DNA of 56,333 nt, taken from the NCBI GenBank assembly GCA_013265495.1, contig MU058213.1:7518066-7574398 (forward strand). Reading direction: 5' to 3'. This stretch comes from Vicugna vicugna. Its lineage: Eukaryota. Positions 50,311-56,333 of this stretch are shown here, piece by piece. Each line of letters begins with the position of its first letter. Position 1 is the first letter of the stretch. The position numbers and the translations under genes were made by a program. A model generated the notes under the pieces. It searched no databases and was not told the origin of the DNA. It saw only the letters and a program-made list of their open reading frames with translations.

Positions 50311-50450
50311 CTCCCTGAATGGGGACCAGGGCAATGAAGGAACATGACAGGGCAGAGGTAGACCCCAAGCCTGAGCCCAGCAAATATATCCTCCTGTCTT
50401 AAATTCTTGTCACAAAGACTATCGCTTTCTTGTTTTTTTTTCCTTCCTGT

Positions 50451-50541
50451 ATCATCTTCATCATTATGATCATAATCATCATCATCATAATCATCATCAT
50501 CATCATCTTCTTCTTCTTCCTCCTCCTCCTTCTTCTTTTTT
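50451..50541. repeat. Compound trinucleotide microsatellite (CAT)n-(CTT)n-(CCT)n-(CTT)n
   Basis: Direct reading. Confidence 0.95.
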
Positions 50542-51831
50542 GGTCAATACATTGCAACAGGAAAAAGAAAGTGACCAGGAAAAAAAAAATGAGGCCTATC
50601 TAATCGAGGAGATTCTAGACACAGGATGGAGCTTGGCTCCAACACAAGATCGTCCAAAGGTGGAGCTCTGATAATTATGCAGTGAGGAGGATGCACATAC
50701 ATCAATCAATGGGCGACACACGGTGCCAACCCCACCCCTCCCTGCTCACGTCAGCACAGGCTTGGTAGCAGGTACTACACGCTGAACATGCGAAAAACAA
50801 AAAGCAAGGAAAGAGCCGTCTCCTTCCAAGAGGAGCCGTCTGGAGTGCAGAGATGCACTCACTCCAAGTCAGGTCTCATGTCGGTCTGGAGCCGTGCCCT
50901 TGGTTTCCGTGTTGACCACAAAGTTGGAGATGACGCACCATTTATTCCTCTAAAGAGCTAATTTGGGGGGGGGGCAACGTCTTTATGGTCTCCATTTGGT
51001 TGGAAGTCACAAAGGGCCCCACCAAACAAGTTCGCACCTGATCGTTTCTTCTCATGATGCCCCAAAATCGAGAAATCTGGAAGCCACTGGAAGCAGCTAG
51101 CTGTTCCCTTTGTCTGCCAGCACTTGGCACTATGAAGGTGCCTCCTGAAAGCTGGCTCTACTTCCCTTATCTTTGCATCCCTGCCCCCTGGCATATAGGT
51201 TGGCAGAAGAAATGTCCGTGAATGTTTAGCAAGGGGCTTTATAAACAAATAACCTAAGCCATACGTTGTGAGGTAGAACATCGCCGGCCCTCCCTCCAAA
51301 TCTTTCAAGGCTGGGCTTCCCCGCTCTTCTCCGAATAGAGGTTCTGTCCTTCCTGCCTGGGTCGACTTTGCGATCCTCTTGAGCCTTTGCAGGCGTGGGG
51401 TGATCTGGATTCCCTACCCCAGTGACTCCCCAGCACACTGCTCCCCTGGAACCACACCCACAGTCGGCTTCATCCACCAACAACCCAAGGAAACAGGCAC
51501 AGTGTCCTCCCCAGCAGCTCAGGTCTGATTCCTACACGCTGACCGAAGCCTGGCCTGGCCTGTATGAGTCCTGGATTCCCATCCTGCTACACTGTCCCTG
51601 AATACAGGCTGACCGAGACACGGCCTGGCTGTGCGGTTTCACCCTGGCTCGGACTGCACAGAGCCAAGTATCTGGAACATTACGGAAAAAAAAAAAGAAA
51701 AAGCTATCCAGCTGTTTCTAAACATCCAGATGTCTGGCGTAGGGAAGAGGGAACATCCTGGCCTTCGCCCCACCAACCAGGTGTACTGTCCAAGCAAAAA
51801 GGCAGAGGCCCCAGGGCCTGGCTGACTGGTT

Positions 51832-51968
51832 GGCCCATGTTGGCCGTGTGGTTCAAGGCTGCCGCCTTGTCTCTGCACAGGGCGAAATCTGGAGGCCCAT
51901 GTTGGCCGTGGAGTCAGACCCCTGTGGTTCAAGGCTGCCGCCTTGTCTCTGCACAGGGCGAAATCTGG
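51832..51968. repeat. Recent tandem duplication, structure A-B-a-A-X-B
   Basis: A=ggcccatgttggccgtg (51832-51848, 51894-51910). B=44 bp identical (51849-51892, 51925-51968). X=gagtcagacccctg (51911-51924). Confidence 0.95.
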
Positions 51969-52389
51969 CCTGAAGACTGTAGACCGAAAGCCTCTCCTTC
52001 TGGAAGCTTCCTTTAGAAAAGAAGCATCGGGGGGTTGGGACGAGGTGGGGGGACGTCAGAAGTCTTCACAACAAACCTCACCTGACAGATACCATTGGCT
52101 CATATGTGTAGGTGCCCCAGGTGTGGCCAGATCAAGATGTCCCTCTGTGCTTTCAGTTCCCAGGGAACACGATTTAACAAGAACCACAGTAAAAAGTCAG
52201 TCTCTTCTGGTTCTAACACAGTTCCCCTGATCAACTGTCTTCTTTCTTACGCAAGAGAGCATTTGGATTTCCATCTGATCATCTTTGACGTATTAAGCGC
52301 TAAAGTGGTGGGCACTGTCAGCATAGTATACCGTATCTTTAAGGAATGACAGTAAGACTGAGCAATCATTATATTAATGGTGATGCTAC

Positions 52390-52600
52390 TAATAATCATT
52401 GCTAATAGGTTTTGACCCTTTATGCGCCTCGCTGAATAATAATCCATTTGTAGTTTTCATTTAATCTATCAAGCCATCCTAAACATACATGCATATATAA
52501 TTATTATCTCCTTAGAAGTTCAGAGAGATTAAGGAACTGACCCAAAGTCACATAAAGGAGCCCTAACTTGAATTCAGATCTGCTTGAGTTTGGAGATCAT
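52390..52600 (-). mobile_element. MIR remnant
   Basis: ttcagagagattaaggaactgacccaaagtcaca...ttgaattcagatctg. Confidence 0.7.
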
Positions 52601-54159
52601 ACACCTATCATCACACACCTGCACAGCACACGTGGCCAAGAGGACCCGAGAGGACCCTGGGTCTTCGGTACGGTGGTCTCACAAAGCCGGGGAGCACCAG
52701 GCGTCGAATGCCATGAGACTGGCACCTGTGGGAGTCAGGTGCTCTAGGACACAAGGAAAATGATGCCCCCGGAACCACCTCAAAACTGTGAGACACAGCG
52801 GCTCTGTCCTGGGCCCCTGCAGAGGCTCTAGAAGTACAGGAGAAAACAACCCGTGTACGGATGGCTACGTGTGTCCCTGTATCCCCAGTGGCGTCCGATA
52901 TGGAGGCTGGCACCCGGGGGGTGCCCTTACATTGTTGCTGCTCACCTAACAAAATGAATACACTTGAAAAGGGGGAAGGAGAAGCTCAGATGGGAAGAAG
53001 ATGAAGTAAGATTCGCCTTCTGCTGTGGTTAACAGGCTGGGGCGAGGGCAGGCAGGAGGGTCCTCTGCACACAAGGGCCATCTGACAGGTGTGAGCTGTG
53101 ACGATGGGCCGGGGCTGGGGTAGAGGCGCTCAGCCTGCAGCGCTGCCTTGAGAAGCTCCCATGGGCAGAGGGAGGCCTGGGTCTGCGGCAGCAATGAGAA
53201 CTGCTTCCAGGCTGAATTCTACTTGCTGGGGATTAATGCTGCCAACCGCTACTTTAACATGGGGGCCTTGGTTTCTTTAGGCTGCCCGTGCTGGAGTGGT
53301 CCACTGGAGCCCAGGAGGGACTGCTCATGGTGGGGGGAAGGCGGAGTCCCCTTTCCTGTGACTCGCTGGCCCCAGGTGCCTTTTCCTCTCATCCTGACCT
53401 CCTCAGCATCCATCCCAGAGGGCTCTGCACACCTTGAGGCATGGTGGGAGGGTAAGGGCTCAGTGTGGGGCTGGGGAAAGACAAAATCTCTTAAGTCCTT
53501 AGGTTGGATCTGGTCCAGGTCCATCTGGCTGCAGAGCCAGGCTCTTTACACTTAACCAGGAAGCCTCTGAACACTGGACTCAGAGCCAGGGCACCTTAAA
53601 TCCTGTTCCAGCTGTAAGCTGCAACGGCTTGGCCTTGGGAAAGCTGGTTCAGGACTCCAGGCCTCAGGAATCCCCTGAGGAAGAGGATCAGAGAGCTAGA
53701 TGGTTGCTAAGCTTCTTTCCTTTCCAGAAAGGGGCCCCGCACACGTCCAGCCATTGCCAGACTGGCAGAGGAGGGCCGGAGCTCTGGGTTGAGCAGCACA
53801 ACTTCTTACCCAGCCCCCTGCCTGTCCCCACTCCCAGGGACAGGTGGGTCTGGATTCTGGACCGTAACGCCTGCACCCATGGCCAGCAGCCTGCCTGACA
53901 AAGCAAAGCCGCCTTTTCGCACTGTGGTAACTGCCCTCGAAGCCTGACCGGCTGGAGCCCAGTTGATGGTTTTTCGAAAGCTATGTTACCCAAGAAAAAA
54001 AGCAACACTGAGTTGGGTGTGGAGATAACGATCTCGGTGCTGTCACACCACACGGGGAGGAGGGAGGGAGTGAAATTACCACCTTCTTCCTCGACAACAA
54101 GAGCTCACGGAAGCCAGAGAAATTCAAGCATTGAAAGTAAAAACGTTCACTGCACTTAC

Positions 54160-54200
54160 CAAATGCTGAGTGACTCTCTGTGAGCAGTTTCAGCAGAGAC
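54160..54200 (-). other. Candidate 41-nt internal exon, probably non-coding/5'UTR
   Basis: Minus strand: ttgtttcctgcag|GTCTCTGCTGAAACTGCTCACAGAGAGTCACTCAGCATTTG|gtaagt. Both splice sites near consensus, in non-repeat DNA. Confidence 0.45.
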
Positions 54201-55129
54201 CTGCAGGAAACAACTTTTTCTTGTTTTCTCCCAGGCCTCCCAGCAGCTAGAGCCAGTCTGCAGAGAGCACACTGGCCCAGAGATTCCAAACATCCTGCAG
54301 CTGCTCTGAACCCTCTCGGGGCCTCAGGCACTGCAAGGTGCCCTCCCAGACCTCTGAGGCTGTGAAACCCTCAGGAATCGCGGGCTGAGTGAGTCTGTGC
54401 TACTAGAGAGAGAAAGAGGAAGCAAAGCCGCAAGCTGGATGGCCCGGTGGCAGCCGCCGCCACCTCCACCCAACCAGTGGGGCCCCCGGCAGTGCCTCCC
54501 AGCGACGGGTCTCTGTCTCCTTCTGCAGTTTTGGTTGCTCTTGCTGGCTTTTGCTCTCCCTCCCTCCCTCTCATCCTTCCCTGGGAGTTGTACTGGTTCT
54601 GGAGAAGGAGCACCTGCCGTAGCTTCTTCCATGACAAAGAAGAGAAAGATTAAAAACATTGAGAAATATCCCACTGTTATCCTGGAAGTCAGACAAGAGG
54701 TCAAAGAGCCTGGGTCTTCTCTCCCTTTGTGAGGGATTCCCTCTTAATTCAAAGGCCAAGAGCCGACAACTGGGGACTCGCCACCACTGCCTCCCTTGTC
54801 CCCCATTTTTACCTCTTTCTCCACCCGCCACGAATTTACTCTACTATCTGTCTCCTCTCTCCTTTGGTGTTTACTGTTTCAGTTCATTTTTACTTAAGAA
54901 GAAAGTCTAAACTATCTACTCCCTCGGGTATCAAACCATCTCAAACCCTTTTTGGACAAAGCAGGATACTAACGCACAAACCAATGTACCAAAGACCTCC
55001 CTTGGGGTTTCAGGAATGGGGTCCAGTCCCTCCAGATGGCAGCACCCACCCCCCACCGCCCAGGACAAGAACAGTGATGTCCTTCCCCGCCTCACACCTC
55101 AGTCGGGGTGGAAGCCATCAAGGCTACAT

Positions 55130-55465
55130 CCTCAAAACCACTTTCCACGTCCATCCTTTACTCCTCCGCCACTTTCCTCTTCATAAAGTTCTTGTTTCTG
55201 CTTTTCCATTCCGTTCCCTCTGCCCCTCCTCGGGCCCTCACCCCCACTTGCTTGGACACTGACTGAACCTCCTCACCAGCACTCCTTCTCTCTTCCAACC
55301 CGCCCCAAACTAATGACAGCTGGAGATTTCCCCGAACACCGGCTTCTCTAACACCCTTCCCTGCTGGAGTCCCTTCACCGGCTGCCCATGGGCTGCAGGA
55401 TCAAGTCCAAATTCTTTGCTTTGGCCGACAGGAGCCTCTACCCTCTGGCCCTAACTGACTTTTCT
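55130..55465 (+). mobile_element. L2 remnant
   Basis: cccttcaccggctgcccatgggctgcaggatcaagtccaaattcttt...ctctggccct. Confidence 0.75.
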
Positions 55466-55494
55466 AGATATTAAAAATAGATTTTTTTTTAAGC

Positions 55495-55720
55495 TGCCAT
55501 GTATGGGGCACTTACTACAAGCCAGGAATAGCACTAAGCACTTTACCTGAATTTGTTCTCATGAGAGTCCTGCAAAGGCCTCTCACTCACACGTCACAGG
55601 TGAGAAAGTGAGGCCTGCGGAGAAGGAACTGGCTGGAGGCTGTACCTGCAGTCAGTGGAGGGCCCAGGATTTGAAGCCAGGTCTTGTGACATCAAAACCC
55701 ATGCTCGTGACCACCTCTCT
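55495..55720 (-). mobile_element. MIR
   Basis: gcacttactacaagccagg...ctaagcactttac...acaggtgagaaagtgaggc...caggatttgaagccaggtct. Confidence 0.85.
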
Positions 55721-56144
55721 CCACTGCCCCTTCAGAATGCCCATTGCCCCGGGAAGCAGCAAAACTGCCCCTATACCCCTGAGGCCCAGTCCTGGGGCTG
55801 CCACCTCCTCCTCACTCCACCCTCCTTTTCACCCCCTGTTTCCCTTAGGAAGCTCCATCCTTAGGGTAAGATCTCCAAACTTCCAAATCCACGGCTGACT
55901 CATGCAGGAGCCTGGATTCCAATTCCCCACCTCCTGCTGTTTTTTCCAAGAGAGACGGACAAACCAGGCATCCTCACTGGGCCACTGGGTGATTTTTTCC
56001 CCCTTGCTCAGGGCACAAAAATCATCAGAGCCTCCTTGTTAAGACGAAACACTTCCTGCTCAGACTCTTCCATCAGAGACCACTCTGACCTCCTAAAAAT
56101 TAAAGAGGGAAGGAAGACACAGATGAGGTGGGGGAGACATTGAG

Positions 56145-56270
56145 TTCAGCCCTTCATCTTACAGATGAGCTCTTTGGAGCCTGGAGAGAAATTACTTGTC
56201 CAAGGTCATTCAGCATGAGAGTGGCAGAGCCCAGACAAGACCCAGTCTCCCAGGCAGAGAGCTCTTTCCC
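56145..56270 (-). mobile_element. MIR (MIR3-like)
   Basis: catcttacagatgag...acttgtccaaggtcattcagcatgagagtggcagagcc. Confidence 0.8.
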
Positions 56271-56289
56271 TCGGCAGCCACACTAATGA

Positions 56290-56333
56290 AGACTCACAGA
56301 CATAGAAAACAAACTTATGGTTACCAGGGGGGA
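56290..56333 (+). mobile_element. Start of another truncated L1 3'UTR fragment (same family as 666-1027), cut by the window end
   Basis: agactcacagacatagaaaacaaacttatggttaccagggg is closely similar to 725-760. Confidence 0.85.

Noticed and set aside
50443..50541. Minus-strand acidic peptide KKEEEEEEEDDDDDDYDDDD resembling an HMGB/nucleolin tail
   Set aside because: Flanks show no parent-gene homology; explained by the microsatellite
54729..55262. 177-aa ORF
   Set aside because: GTG start, pyrimidine-rich sequence running into an L2, Pro/Leu/Ser bias typical of chance ORFs
1..56333. CRISPR array, operon, phage/IS or other prokaryotic system
   Set aside because: No repeat-spacer array or gene-dense coding DNA; mammalian repeats occur throughout

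Overview
Mammalian genomic DNA, very probably camelid (alpaca/llama/camel), since it carries a Vic-1-type tRNA-derived SINE and cetartiodactyl-type L1 3' ends. The window is essentially non-coding. It is rich in old repeats (many MIR and L2 remnants, several L1/HAL1 pieces, MaLR LTRs, hAT MITEs) and microsatellites. No ORF in the track resembles a protein I recognise, and I cannot name the host gene. The clearest functional element is a CpG-island promoter at ~2.05-2.6 kb with splice donors facing outward on both strands, a perfect D-box and an E-box. Further minus-strand exon candidates lie at ~8.4-8.6 kb, 15.3 kb and 54.2 kb, compatible with (not proof of) the 5' region of a multi-promoter minus-strand gene that continues left of the window. 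Other oddities are a CpG-retaining, ETS-rich LTR-like block (~42.5-43.1 kb), a perfect NF-kB site in a MITE nested in an LTR (46.6 kb), and a recent rearranged tandem duplication (51.8-52.0 kb). I see no CRISPR array, prokaryotic element or demonstrably novel system. Repeat subfamily names and most repeat boundaries come from recalled consensus sequences and are approximate.
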